IMG/VR virus record: IMGVR_UViG_3300036852_000461
Span: 1 to 55,787 of that record
Reading direction: 5' to 3' (one strand)
DNA from: a virus
Taxonomy: Duplodnaviria > Caudoviricetes
DNA: 55,787 bases
The notes beneath the pieces are model-generated. The model was not told where the DNA came from. It ran no database searches and worked only from the letters and a program-made list of their open reading frames with translations. Both the position numbers and the translations under genes were made by a program. The first letter of the stretch is position 1. The number at the start of each line of letters is the position of its first letter. Below are positions 1 through 9,040 of the stretch, piece by piece.

Positions 1-261
1 TTTGACCAAACGCCGGGCGAGTCGCGAGACCTCCCACACGAACAGCACGTTGGCCTCGTGCAACCGGGCGAGCATCTCGTCGAAGACAGGCCGCTTCACT
101 GCTCGATAGGCGGAGCGGTCCCGCTCCTCGAACCACTCGGTGACGTTCAGACCCTTCGCCGCGGCGACGCGCTCGATCTCAGAGCGCTGGCGTTGCGGCG
201 AGAGCGATATGCGCCGCGGATCGTGGGAGATGCGCAGATAGGCGAAGGCGCGGGGTGTCAC
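1..261 (-). CDS. int: Large serine integrase, N-terminal catalytic part (continues at 55787)
   Basis: GTG at 261 overlaps the upstream TGA. Translates MTPRAFAYLRISHD...QRQ...RPVFDEML...VLFVWEVSRLARRLVK, the resolvase motifs YxRxS and SRLAR. Open to base 1. Confidence 0.93.
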   Translation of the reverse strand, partial: MTPRAFAYLRISHDPRRISLSPQRQRSEIERVAAAKGLNVTEWFEERDRSAYRAVKRPVFDEMLARLHEANVLFVWEVSRLARRLVK

Positions 262-485
262 TCTGGTTTGTTGTGGCCCTGACGATCACGAAGCTCTCTG
301 AGCTGCCGCTTGCGAAGCTCGGTCTTCTCGGAGGCTTCGACGTATCCGCCGAGGAATATCACTCCGCCTAGGACTGCACCCACGATGTTGACCCATGTGG
401 CGGTCGTTCCGAACAGCGCCACCATAAAGCCGACCACGAACCAGCCAGCGATCGCACCGAGCATGAAGACCAGGAGCTTGCCCAT
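258..485 (-). CDS. Small two-TM membrane protein in the immunity operon
   Basis: 75 aa, two hydrophobic helices, SD GGAGGAG upstream, coupled to int. Confidence 0.8.
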   Translation of the reverse strand: MGKLLVFMLGAIAGWFVVGFMVALFGTTATWVNIVGAVLGGVIFLGGYVEASEKTELRKRQLRELRDRQGHNKPE

Positions 486-528
486 TTCCTATTCCTCCTC
501 CGTCGCTCGCAAGGCGCTCACGCCGCGT

Positions 529-897
529 TCAACTGAACCCACACTCCGACTTCGTGAACGACTCGATCTTGTCGCGCGCTCTTCGGAAGCGCGCACCCTC
601 GGAGGGCTTGGTCAGCTGACCCCTCGGGCGTTGGTAGTAGGCGATCAGGTCGGCGTACGCATCGCGCACCTGCGTTGGTGCGACCGCTTCGCGCTTCCGG
701 TACTCCGCCACGAGGTCGGCGCTCCCCTTGTCACTGGTCGCATCGACGCCTGACATCACGGTGGCGATGTCGATGTCGTGCTGGGTGTCGTCGTAGACCG
801 CGCAATAGGCCTTGACTTCGGCGGCGTTCTTTCTTCCTCCGCCACATGCGACGGTGAGGATCAGGAGGACAGTAAGGACCGGCACGACGCGGTTCAT
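529..897 (-). CDS. Lipoprotein, candidate superinfection exclusion
   Basis: Signal peptide with lipobox LTVAC; ATGA overlap with the repressor stop. Confidence 0.75.
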   Translation of the reverse strand: MNRVVPVLTVLLILTVACGGGRKNAAEVKAYCAVYDDTQHDIDIATVMSGVDATSDKGSADLVAEYRKREAVAPTQVRDAYADLIAYYQRPRGQLTKPSEGARFRRARDKIESFTKSECGFS

Positions 898-1286
898 CTG
901 ATGGCTTCCTCGCTTGCGCGGAGCATCCGCAGATAGTCGAGCGCCTTCGTCTTCGCCTCCTGCGTGAGGGTGGGATCGGCCGTGATCCCAAGTTCTGCGG
1001 TGCTTGGTATTCCTGGCACGCTGCTCCGACCGACATGAGCAAGATGGCTGAACATCGCGTCGTAGTCGGAGCGCTCAAAGAGTTCCTCAAGCTGCGACGC
1101 GGTCGCACCAAGCGCTCGGGCCATTTTCCAGAGCGTGTTCGCTGGCGGAACGTCCCCCGTCTCTACCTGGCGCCAACGACTATGGCTGATACCACTATCC
1201 CGTGACATCTGCCGTACCGAGCGGTCTCCTCGAAGTTCACGGATGTAGTTTCCCAGATCAGACGAACGCCTTTGCCTCGCGGTCAC
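894..1286 (-). CDS. Immunity repressor, XRE/cI-type HTH
   Basis: LGNYIRELRGDRSVRQMSRDSGISHSRWRQVETG HTH, divergent from cro. GTG 1286 chosen because a TACGTT -10 lies just upstream; ATG 1322 is the alternative. Confidence 0.8.
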   Translation of the reverse strand: MTARQRRSSDLGNYIRELRGDRSVRQMSRDSGISHSRWRQVETGDVPPANTLWKMARALGATASQLEELFERSDYDAMFSHLAHVGRSSVPGIPSTAELGITADPTLTQEAKTKALDYLRMLRASEEAIR

Positions 1287-1312
1287 TCCGAAAACGTACC
1301 GCGCGCCCAGAA

Positions 1313-1463
1313 AATTCGCCATAACTCGCCAGCGAACCCAGCGAATTAGCGCTGCTTGAACATGCTGACCAGGGGTTACATCCCTGTGTTTCGGCTGGCT
1401 AGGGGTCCTCTTGTTACTCATTGGGCGAACCTCTTGACTTTCGCTGCCATTCGCCAGTAAGCT
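1313..1463. promoter_or_regulatory. Divergent switch region: rightward promoter and candidate operators
   Basis: TTGACT(1434)-18-TAAGCT(1458) just before the cro ATG. GCGAA/TTCGC half-sites form inverted pairs AATTCGC..GCGAATT (1313-1347) and GCGAA-N10-TTCGC over the -35. Confidence 0.55.
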
Positions 1464-1471
1464 TTCCACGC

Positions 1472-1711
1472 ATGGACAGAACAATCAACCACCAAGCTCT
1501 CCGCCACATGCGCAAGCTCGGCGGGATCAAGGCCAACCGGCTCGCTGCAGCGGCTGGCATCTCGACCTCGTATCTCTGCGAGATCGAGCAGGGAAAAAAG
1601 AATCCTTCCTTCGATGTGGTGAAGCGTCTGGCTACCGCGCTCGGCACCGACGTCACTTCTCTTTTTTGGGTGAAACCGCAGAAAACTGACAAGGTGCGGC
1701 ATGCTTCCTAA
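1472..1711 (+). CDS. cro: Cro-like XRE HTH regulator
   Basis: LRHMRKLGGIKANRLAAAAGISTSYLCEIEQGKKNPSFDVVKRLATALG, a canonical HTH_3. Confidence 0.85.
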   Translation: MDRTINHQALRHMRKLGGIKANRLAAAAGISTSYLCEIEQGKKNPSFDVVKRLATALGTDVTSLFWVKPQKTDKVRHAS

Positions 1712-1892
1712 CCCCGCCGCGACCCTCGCACATTTGTGTGACATCGTTGAAAACCGTCTCCTTTCGTCCGAGGTCCCGAAGAACATTCCTCGTTCTTCGT
1801 CGGTTCAAAAGCGCCCATTTGAACCACGAACGTCTGTTCCTACCCAATCACTCTCCCGCGACAGGCGCAAAGCGGCTGGTGAGGTCGCATGA
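1701..1892 (+). CDS. Hypothetical protein
   Basis: Overlaps the cro end and is ATGA-coupled to the next ORF; contains an inverted repeat at 1796-1830. Confidence 0.4.
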   Translation: MLPNPAATLAHLCDIVENRLLSSEVPKNIPRSSSVQKRPFEPRTSVPTQSLSRDRRKAAGEVA

Positions 1893-2041
1893 AACGCACG
1901 GCCAATGCCTGTCGCGTATGCGGATCGGACAAGCCGCTCTCGTCTCGTCGCATGCCCGACGGCTTCTTCGCTCGGGTGTGTGACGACTGCGCCCCCCCCA
2001 GTCCGAACCCTCGGGACTGCGGGCACGGAGCCACCTCGTGA
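1889..2041 (+). CDS. Small Zn-ribbon protein (50 aa, not in ORF track)
   Basis: MKRTANACRVCGSDKPL...RVCDDCAP; SD GAGG; coupled at both ends. Confidence 0.55.
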   Translation: MKRTANACRVCGSDKPLSSRRMPDGFFARVCDDCAPPSPNPRDCGHGATS

Positions 2042-2090
2042 CGTTCAAAGAACGCGTCCAGGGCCGCATCAGCAGCCGGGCGGTGTCGGG

Positions 2091-2387
2091 ATGAATCTCG
2101 TCGTCGGACGTCGCTACCGGATCGCCTTCCGCGAGCCCGGCTTCGACGTCCTGATCGTCCGTGTGGGTGAGTACCTCGGCGACGAGCCCGGCCTGACCGT
2201 CGAGAGCGGTCACGCGTTCCGACTCGATGCGCACACGCACGCGTACCTGCTCATCACGCCGTCGCTGCTGATCGGCGCGGAAGAGATCGATGCGAACGAG
2301 AAGCAAACGCAGAGAGCGACCGCGCGAACGGTCGCTCTCAACGCGCGGCCAGCGGAGGTCGCGCGCGAACACAGTACCTCGGCTTAA
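2091..2387 (+). CDS. Hypothetical protein
   Basis: GC3-biased frame from ATG 2091. Confidence 0.65.
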   Translation: MNLVVGRRYRIAFREPGFDVLIVRVGEYLGDEPGLTVESGHAFRLDAHTHAYLLITPSLLIGAEEIDANEKQTQRATARTVALNARPAEVAREHSTSA

Positions 2388-2408
2388 GGCCGAGAGAAAG
2401 GCCAGCGG

Positions 2409-2657
2409 ATGAACTTGACCAAGGAACGCTTCCCAGCCGCGGTGGAGGTGGTGCGCGAGGTGTTCGGAGCCGATGCGACGGTCGTCGAGGATCCCGAGGT
2501 CTGCACGAAATGCGGTCTGAGATTCGACGAGCCGTTCCGACACCTGCCTGCCGAGTTGGGCGGTGGTTGCATCGATCTCGAAGACCCGACGTGCCCGATG
2601 TGCGGCGGCTTCCCGGGTTTCTGTTCGCAGTGGTGCGAGCTTGCGAGGCTGCGATGA
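2409..2657 (+). CDS. Cys-rich hypothetical protein
   Basis: SD GAAAGG, several CxxC motifs. Confidence 0.65.
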   Translation: MNLTKERFPAAVEVVREVFGADATVVEDPEVCTKCGLRFDEPFRHLPAELGGGCIDLEDPTCPMCGGFPGFCSQWCELARLR

Positions 2658-3232
2658 AGCGCGACCCAATGGAGCGGTTCCTTTCGTTCGTGCGGATCGA
2701 TGTCGATGGCTGCTGGATCTGGACGGGCTACATCACACCGGACGGGTATGGCCAGTTCTGGGCCGACGGAACGAACCACCGAGCGCACAAATGGATCTAC
2801 GAGCAAACACACGGCCCCGTGCCGTCCGGACGTGAACTCGACCACTTCAGATGCGATAAGCGCGCCTGTGCGCATCCCGACCACGTTCGCTCGGTCACAA
2901 CTCGCGAGAACGTCCTGCGCGGTCGGGGATCCGCAGCCAGGAAGCGCGCTCAGACGCATTGCGTCAACGGACATGAGTTCGACGAGGACAACACCTATAT
3001 CCGTTTGAACGGGGCGCGGAGCTGCATCGCATGCCAACGAGAACGCCAGCGTGCTCGTTACATCACACGCGCTCGTCGGGTTCCGACACATTGTCCCCAG
3101 GGCCACCCATACACGCCCGAGAACACCAGGGTCTACTGGACCAAACAGGGTCGGCGAAAGACCCGATGCCGGACTTGTCATCGCGAGAAGAGCAGAGCGC
3201 GACGTCGTGAATTGGCTCGGAGCGTGGCATGA
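2654..3232 (+). CDS. HNH homing endonuclease with two C-terminal Zn modules
   Basis: CWIWTG...GYG...AHK...ELDHFRCDKRAC..PDH...EN, followed by THCVNGH..CIAC and THCPQGH..CRTC. Confidence 0.9.
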   Translation: MKRDPMERFLSFVRIDVDGCWIWTGYITPDGYGQFWADGTNHRAHKWIYEQTHGPVPSGRELDHFRCDKRACAHPDHVRSVTTRENVLRGRGSAARKRAQTHCVNGHEFDEDNTYIRLNGARSCIACQRERQRARYITRARRVPTHCPQGHPYTPENTRVYWTKQGRRKTRCRTCHREKSRARRRELARSVA

Positions 3233-3441
3233 CGGCCTCGACGCGCTTTACGAAAGGCGATCTGGTCCAACTGCCACGTCGTCTCGGCAGCGGCGTGGGA
3301 GTCGTCGTTCAGTCATGGCGTCGACCGCTCGACGGCGCTGAGATTTGCACAGTCCAGCACGAGGTAGGCGATCACGCCCGGGCGACGGTCGTCTGTGAAG
3401 ACGAGCTTCTGCGCGTGGGGCGGATCGAGGTGCCCACATGA
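3229..3441 (+). CDS. Hypothetical protein (SH3/KOW-like start FTKGDLV)
   Basis: ATGA-coupled at both ends. Confidence 0.65.
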   Translation: MTASTRFTKGDLVQLPRRLGSGVGVVVQSWRRPLDGAEICTVQHEVGDHARATVVCEDELLRVGRIEVPT

Positions 3442-3809
3442 GCGAACGCACACAGTCGGCTGCGGTGCAGATTCATGTGCTCTCACCCGATGTCGACAAC
3501 ATCCGCTCCAACAGTTGGTACAAGGACGACGTAAGGACGATCTTCGCAACTCTGGGGTTCGGGATGGACCATGACTCACCGGAGCTGACAGTCAGCGGGC
3601 GCGACGACGAGTTGGCGGGATTCGCGCGCAAGCTCCGTGTCTTCGCCTCGCAGATCGATGCGACGGTCGACTGTGCCGAAGCGGCCGTCTGCTGCCCGGT
3701 GTGTGGTGAAGCGCTTCCCGAAGGTGACGCTGGCTGGGGTAGTTGTCCCCAAGCTTCCAATCATGACTCGCTGACTGCGGCCACCGAGCCCGCCGAGGTG
3801 TTGTCGTGA
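3438..3809 (+). CDS. Hypothetical protein
   Basis: Coupled, SD GAGG, CPVC motif. Confidence 0.65.
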   Translation: MSERTQSAAVQIHVLSPDVDNIRSNSWYKDDVRTIFATLGFGMDHDSPELTVSGRDDELAGFARKLRVFASQIDATVDCAEAAVCCPVCGEALPEGDAGWGSCPQASNHDSLTAATEPAEVLS

Positions 3810-4105
3810 CCGCCTCTTGTGAGTTCGACGCCGCCGCGCATGTCCTCCGTGCGCCGTGCCTGATCCACGCGACCGAGGCGCACATCGACGACAGCCGGTG
3901 CGACATCCAGTGGGAGTCGATTCTCGAGCTGCCGTGGTCGGACGGACAGCAGGTGCTGATCGATCTCGCCTTCGAGCTCTGGACCGGGCACAGCCGCGGG
4001 GAGTCGAGCTTCTGCGACCTGTTCCGTTACGTCGACGAGGAGTCGTTCGATCGTGCGGTGGACGCACTGCTCATCCGGCGTGGGCGCACGCAGGCGGTGG
4101 CGTAG
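3806..4105 (+). CDS. Hypothetical phage protein
   Basis: GTGA-coupled; WSDGQQVLIDLAFELW segment. Confidence 0.7.
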   Translation: MTASCEFDAAAHVLRAPCLIHATEAHIDDSRCDIQWESILELPWSDGQQVLIDLAFELWTGHSRGESSFCDLFRYVDEESFDRAVDALLIRRGRTQAVA

Positions 4106-4255
4106 GTGGGTCGTCAGGCCGAGCGCAACCGGATGTCGGCGATGCTCGCCCACGAGCCGCAGTGCACAGATGGACGACGCGAATGTCGGTCGTGCAGGGC
4201 GATTCGGGACCGCCAGAAGTGGGAGCGGCAGAAGGAGGCACGTCGTGCCGCGTAA
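4106..4255 (+). CDS. Small CxxC protein (49 aa, not in ORF track)
   Basis: VGRQAERNRMSAMLAHEPQC..ECRSCRAIR; fills the gap and overlaps the next start. Confidence 0.5.
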   Translation: MGRQAERNRMSAMLAHEPQCTDGRRECRSCRAIRDRQKWERQKEARRAA

Positions 4256-5183
4256 CGCGACGACGGGATCCGGCGGCCGGTACTACACGTGGAGAAAGGA
4301 GAAGTTCTGGAGCGTGACTACCCTCATCAGCCAGGGCCTCCCGAAGGGCGAGGTCCTCGTCAACTGGGCGAAGAAGTTCACCGCCGAGTACGCGTGCGCG
4401 AACATCGAGCAACTCAACGCGTTGCTCAAGCCGAACGCCGACGGCAAGATCGACCGTCAGGGCGCGATCGACTGGTTGAAGGAAGCATCGTTCCGTTCGC
4501 GGGACCGAGCCGCCGATATCGGCTCGAAGTTCCATGAAGCCGCCGAATCCTACAAGCTCGGAAAACCGCGGCCTCCATGGCCAGAAGAGATCCGTGGTCG
4601 CATGGCCGCCTTCGACAAGTGGCTTGCCGACTTCAAACCCGAGTTCAAGGTCGTCGAGGCTTCGGTCTACAACCGCTCCGAGCATTACGCCGGGACGATG
4701 GATGCGATCGTCACGCTGAAGGTCGATCGCGACGCGCTCGAGACGGTCTTCGCTTTCGATGGCGGTGGGCTGTTCGCGCCGGACATCGATCTCGATGCAG
4801 ATGGCGGACTAACCCTGCTCGTTGACTACAAGACCTCGAAGACCGGCATCTATCCCGAGGTCGGGCTCCAGCTGTGCGCCTACCGCAACGCCGAGTTCAT
4901 CGCCATGCCCGACGGCACTGAGGTCGTGATGCCGAAGGTGCATGGCTGCGCAGCCCTGCACATCAAGGACATGGACGATCCGATGACCGACCCCGACAAG
5001 CCGTACGACTTCATCGGGGTGGTGAGCGACGACGAAGTCTTCCGTGCCTTCCAGTACTGCCGCGAGAACTTCCGCTGGCGCGAGCAGCTGTCCAAGCGTG
5101 TGCTCGGTGGACACATCCTGCCCGGCCTGCCGGCCTCAGCCGCAGAGCAGGCCCGCGTGCTCGATCTGGAGGCGGCGAAGTGA
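4245..5183 (+). CDS. PD-(D/E)XK exonuclease (Cas4/RecB-like recombination nuclease)
   Basis: SVTT, G..FH, YAGTMD, LLVDYKTS and QLCAY motifs; SD AAGGAGG before GTG 4245. Confidence 0.85.
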   Translation: MPRNATTGSGGRYYTWRKEKFWSVTTLISQGLPKGEVLVNWAKKFTAEYACANIEQLNALLKPNADGKIDRQGAIDWLKEASFRSRDRAADIGSKFHEAAESYKLGKPRPPWPEEIRGRMAAFDKWLADFKPEFKVVEASVYNRSEHYAGTMDAIVTLKVDRDALETVFAFDGGGLFAPDIDLDADGGLTLLVDYKTSKTGIYPEVGLQLCAYRNAEFIAMPDGTEVVMPKVHGCAALHIKDMDDPMTDPDKPYDFIGVVSDDEVFRAFQYCRENFRWREQLSKRVLGGHILPGLPASAAEQARVLDLEAAK

Positions 5184-6271
5184 CCATCCAACCGATCGGC
5201 ATCCAGCAAGGCATGCGAGAACTCGGGCGGATCCGCCTGGGGAAGAAGGGCGACAAGGGCCAGCCGCAGAAGCTGACGAAGTTCCGGTTGACCTCGGCCT
5301 CGGAGTTCCTGATCGCCAAGGTCGCCGAGGTCTACGGCGGAACGTGCCAGCCGTGGCCAGACGCGCCCGACGAAGGCATGTTTCAGGTCTTCACCGACAG
5401 CAACGAACTTGAGGTGTTGCTCGTTCCGAAGGTTAACGACCACGGCGTTCTGTCCTTCGCGTACTCGCAGCACTACGAGATGTGGAGCGGCGGCGGGTGC
5501 AAGCGTCGGTGTGACGGCATCACCGAGATGCTGAGCGACAAGCCGTGCATGTGCGATCCCGATGATCGCAAGTGCGACATCACCACGAGGGCCTCTCTGA
5601 TGCTCCCGCGCATCCCGTCGCTCGGCGTATGGAGGCTGGACACCAAGGGATACTACGCGGCGACCGAGCTACCGGGGATCTTCAACCTCCTCGCGAGCTT
5701 CGCGCACTTGGGGCGGCCGTTGCCGGCGGTCCTTCGTCTCGAACAACGATCCGTGAAGCGACCCAAGCCCGACGGCAGCGGCGTGCAGACGCAGCGGTTC
5801 ATCGTTCCCGTCATCGACCTGCCCGGCGTGACGCTCGCAGATGCCGTGCCGCAGATGATGAGCTTCAACGCGCCGCTCCTTCCGCCGGCGGGCAAGCCCG
5901 AACTTCCGAGCGGCACTGGCCTGCCTGATGACGCGAGCTTCGATCGCTCGCCTCCGCTCGGTGACCAGCCGCCGCTTCCGCAGAACGGAGGCCAGAGGGC
6001 CGAGCCGTCGACCGGCGCCGTGGGCAACGGTGCCGGCGGCGAGCTCTTCGGTGACGCGAAGACTGTGGACGTCGACGCGCTGCGGAAGAAGATCTTTGCG
6101 CAGTTCAAGCACCTGCAGATCGGTACACCCGAGCGCAGAGCACTAGTCCAGAACCGCTACGCGCTCGACTCGTTCAGCGATCTGGACGCAAGCCAGATGT
6201 CCGACCTGAGCTCGTGGCTCGCCTCGGCGAGCGCCGACGAGCTGACCGCGGCCTTCAAGACAGGGTCGTAG
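5180..6271 (+). CDS. Gp3-like recombination directionality factor / recombination protein
   Basis: ELGRIRLG...KLTKFRLTS, RRCDG, C.CDP...C and GVWRLDTKGYYAA resemble the phiC31 gp3-like family; adjacent to the exonuclease. Confidence 0.7.
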   Translation: MTIQPIGIQQGMRELGRIRLGKKGDKGQPQKLTKFRLTSASEFLIAKVAEVYGGTCQPWPDAPDEGMFQVFTDSNELEVLLVPKVNDHGVLSFAYSQHYEMWSGGGCKRRCDGITEMLSDKPCMCDPDDRKCDITTRASLMLPRIPSLGVWRLDTKGYYAATELPGIFNLLASFAHLGRPLPAVLRLEQRSVKRPKPDGSGVQTQRFIVPVIDLPGVTLADAVPQMMSFNAPLLPPAGKPELPSGTGLPDDASFDRSPPLGDQPPLPQNGGQRAEPSTGAVGNGAGGELFGDAKTVDVDALRKKIFAQFKHLQIGTPERRALVQNRYALDSFSDLDASQMSDLSSWLASASADELTAAFKTGS

Positions 6272-6283
6272 ACGGGAACTCCC

Positions 6284-6565
6284 ATGACAAACCCCCGACG
6301 GGACATTTGCGCAGGTCAGAATGCCAATTCTGTAATTCGTCCACGCTCCATCCACAACGACGTCGGCATTGTCGACAGCTTCTCAACAGCCCTACGCGTC
6401 GGTTCCCACTACGACGTGAGCACCGTCGAGCACCACATCTATCTCCACGTCGAGTACGCCGGCGAGTCGCACGGCCATCACGTCTTCCTCGGAGCGCTGC
6501 CCGTCTTCCTTCGCAACGACCAGATCGCCAAGGTCGATCCGAGCGACCGGAGCTCGGCCGCATGA
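6284..6565 (+). CDS. Hypothetical protein
   Basis: GC3-biased 3' half, coupled to the next gene; start uncertain. Confidence 0.5.
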   Translation: MTNPRRDICAGQNANSVIRPRSIHNDVGIVDSFSTALRVGSHYDVSTVEHHIYLHVEYAGESHGHHVFLGALPVFLRNDQIAKVDPSDRSSAA

Positions 6566-6894
6566 CGATGGCACCCCGCCTCGGCAGAAGCGATCGCGAG
6601 CTGCTCGCGAAATACGCCCATCCCGATCGACCGCCAATGGCTCCCAGCTTCCAGACGCATCGCCCGCCAGCGCGTAGTGCGTTGCAGGCACGCGCTCCTC
6701 TGCATCGAGAGAAGCGCTACCGGGCCTCGCGTCGCGGCATCATCTTGTTCGTCTCAGTGATCGTCCTGGCGATCCTCGTCGTCGTCCTTCCGCACTCCCG
6801 AGCGCTGTGGTCGGTGCTCTTGATGGTCGACCTGCTCGCGCTCGTGCTTCACGCCCTGTGGGTCAATCCACCGAAAGAGTGGCGAGAGCGTTGA
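6562..6894 (+). CDS. Membrane protein (2 TM)
   Basis: ATGA start, C-terminal hydrophobic helices. Confidence 0.65.
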   Translation: MTMAPRLGRSDRELLAKYAHPDRPPMAPSFQTHRPPARSALQARAPLHREKRYRASRRGIILFVSVIVLAILVVVLPHSRALWSVLLMVDLLALVLHALWVNPPKEWRER

Positions 6895-7361
6895 CCGCGA
6901 TCGTCCTCATTCTGTCCCTCGCGGGCTGCTCGCCGCGGAATCACGCGACAGACGACTTCACGATGCGTCGCATCGTCACCACGCCAGTCCCAACGGCATC
7001 CCTCCGCCCGCCGAAGCGTCACGTCCGGCCTACCCCGCCTGCCAAACCAGATCGGTCGGGCGTGGCGCCTCGGCATACCTGGGAAGCCGTGCGCATGTCG
7101 TGGTACACGATGGGCAGGAGGACCGCCAGCGGAGAGTCCGTCGCTCCGGCCAAGCACAACTGCGCCGGTGCCGCGCGCTTTCCCCTTCGTTCGCACGTGA
7201 TGGTGCGCAATCCGGCCAACGGTCGCGTCGTGCGCGTGTGGATCAACGATCGCGGGGCATTCGAGCCGATGGGCCGGTCGCTCGATTGCATGCCGTCGGT
7301 CTGGGAGGCGTTGGGCTTCTCGCTCGGGGCGGGAGTGGTGAGTGTGGAAGTCGCCGCATGA
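6891..7361 (+). CDS. RlpA-like (double-psi beta-barrel) lytic transglycosylase lipoprotein
   Basis: Lipobox LAGC; SWY...TASGE...P..S.V.VRN..NGR.V.V.INDRG.F...R.LD. Start TTG 6891 or GTG 6879. Confidence 0.8.
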   Translation: MTAIVLILSLAGCSPRNHATDDFTMRRIVTTPVPTASLRPPKRHVRPTPPAKPDRSGVAPRHTWEAVRMSWYTMGRRTASGESVAPAKHNCAGAARFPLRSHVMVRNPANGRVVRVWINDRGAFEPMGRSLDCMPSVWEALGFSLGAGVVSVEVAA

Positions 7362-7828
7362 ACGACACCCTGCACAACGGGCTGATGATCGAGTTCTTCG
7401 TCCACGGCGTCCCCGTCGCGAAGGGCTCGACGCGCGCGTTCGTCCCGAAGGGCCACGAGCGGCCGATCATCACGAGTACAGCCAGGGGCCTCGCAGCCTG
7501 GTCGCGCCTCATCGCCGATGCCGCACAGTCGTACGCCCACATGTTCGAAGCCGGCGTCGGCGTGGAGTTGACGTTCCACATGCCGCGTCCCAAGTCGCTG
7601 CCCAAGTCCAAGCCCAAGCCGATGACTTCCCGACCGGACGCCGACAAGCTGCTGCGCGCCGCCCTCGATGCGCTCACCGGGATCTTCTACTCCGACGACT
7701 CCCGCGTCACCGACGTACATGTGTACAAGCGCTACGCGACGGTCGGAGGTCCGGTAGGCGTCGAGGTGAGGCTGTGGGAGCCGGATCTGCTGAAACTGCT
7801 CGCTGACAATCAGGAGGCGCGCGGGTGA
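7358..7828 (+). CDS. rusA: RusA Holliday junction resolvase
   Basis: GVPVAKGS..., RPDADKLLRAALDALTG..YSDDSRV. Confidence 0.9.
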   Translation: MNDTLHNGLMIEFFVHGVPVAKGSTRAFVPKGHERPIITSTARGLAAWSRLIADAAQSYAHMFEAGVGVELTFHMPRPKSLPKSKPKPMTSRPDADKLLRAALDALTGIFYSDDSRVTDVHVYKRYATVGGPVGVEVRLWEPDLLKLLADNQEARG

Positions 7829-8022
7829 ACGAGTGCATGCACGGGCTCGACCGCACGAGTTGTGTCATCTGCTCGTCGCCGGGTTCACACATCGAGCCCC
7901 GGAGGCTGCCCCTCACCGTCGCGAAGTTCGACACGCGCTGTCCCGCCTGCGACGAGCCGATTCGTGAGGGTGACCTCATCGTCCTCGACGACACGTTCTG
8001 GGTGCATTCGAGGTGCGCGTGA
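7825..8022 (+). CDS. Small Zn-finger protein
   Basis: CMHG..C.IC and AKFDTRCPAC..I..GD...WVH.RC. Confidence 0.7.
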   Translation: MNECMHGLDRTSCVICSSPGSHIEPRRLPLTVAKFDTRCPACDEPIREGDLIVLDDTFWVHSRCA

Positions 8023-8858
8023 TGCCGACGGCGATCGAGTGGACGCAGGAAACATGGAATCCGGTTACCGGGTGCGATCGCGTCTCCTCCGGATGCGACA
8101 ACTGTTACGCGCTCACGCTCGCCAAGCGTCTGAAGGCGATGGGCAACCCGCGCTATCAGAACGACGGACGCCCCGAGACGAGCGGCCCTGGGTTCAAGGT
8201 GACGATGCACCGCGACAAGCTCGACGATCCGCTGCGGTGGCGTTCGCCGAAGCACGTGTTCGTGGATTCGATGTCCGACCTCTTCCATCCGGCCGTCGAT
8301 GACGAGTTCGTCTTCCGCGTCTTCGAGACGATGGAGGCAACGCCGCAGCACACCTATCAGATCCTCACGAAGCGTCCCTCAAGGATGCGCGCGTTCGTCG
8401 GATGCCTCGGTGATGCGCACGGAGTCAGATACGGCAACCAGCCACCCGAGTTCCCGTGGCCGATCCCCAATGTGTGGCTCGGCGTGAGCGTCGAAGACCA
8501 GGAGCAGGCTGACAAGCGCATCCCGTTGCTGTTGGAGACGGATGCGGCGGTGCGGTTCCTGTCGTGCGAACCGCTACTCGGCCCGATCGACATCGAGGCC
8601 TACCTGGGCTATCACATCGGCGCGTCCGGCCGGTACTGGATGGGCGACAACGGAAGCGTCGGATGGGTGATCGTTGGCGGTGAGTCAGGGCCGCAAGCAC
8701 GGCCGATGGAGCCGGCCTGGGTGCTCGCACTCCGTGATCAGTGCATCGCCGCCGGTGTCCCGTTCTTTTTCAAGCAGCACGGCGGGCGCACACCGAAGGC
8801 GGGCGGCCGTGAACTCGATGGCCGCACGTGGGACGAGATGCCGGAGGTCGCTCAATGA
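8022..8858 (+). CDS. Phage Gp37/Gp68 (DUF5131) family protein
   Basis: IEWT..TWNPVTGC..VS.GC.NCYA, SMSDLFH, LTKRP, FLSCEPLLG, WVIVGGESG, FFFKQ. Confidence 0.92.
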   Translation: MPTAIEWTQETWNPVTGCDRVSSGCDNCYALTLAKRLKAMGNPRYQNDGRPETSGPGFKVTMHRDKLDDPLRWRSPKHVFVDSMSDLFHPAVDDEFVFRVFETMEATPQHTYQILTKRPSRMRAFVGCLGDAHGVRYGNQPPEFPWPIPNVWLGVSVEDQEQADKRIPLLLETDAAVRFLSCEPLLGPIDIEAYLGYHIGASGRYWMGDNGSVGWVIVGGESGPQARPMEPAWVLALRDQCIAAGVPFFFKQHGGRTPKAGGRELDGRTWDEMPEVAQ

Positions 8859-9040
8859 AGCGCGGCCTGCACAGCGAGTGCCGCCGGAAGAAACGGCACG
8901 CCACCTCAACCGAAGCCGACGATGCGCTTCGGAAGATGGTCGCGCGTGATGGCGACCGCAGTCTGCACGTCTATGCGTGTCTGTTCTGCGGCGGGTTCCA
9001 CGTTGGCCACAAGCCCGGATCGCGGAGGAAGGTCTCGTGA
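8855..9040 (+). CDS. Small Zn-binding protein
   Basis: C..K.R...EA...VYAC.FCGGFHVG. Confidence 0.7.
   Translation: MKRGLHSECRRKKRHATSTEADDALRKMVARDGDRSLHVYACLFCGGFHVGHKPGSRRKVS

Noticed and set aside
4245-5183. Cas4-like gene as a sign of CRISPR
   Set aside because: Stand-alone phage exonuclease beside a recombination gene; no other cas genes.
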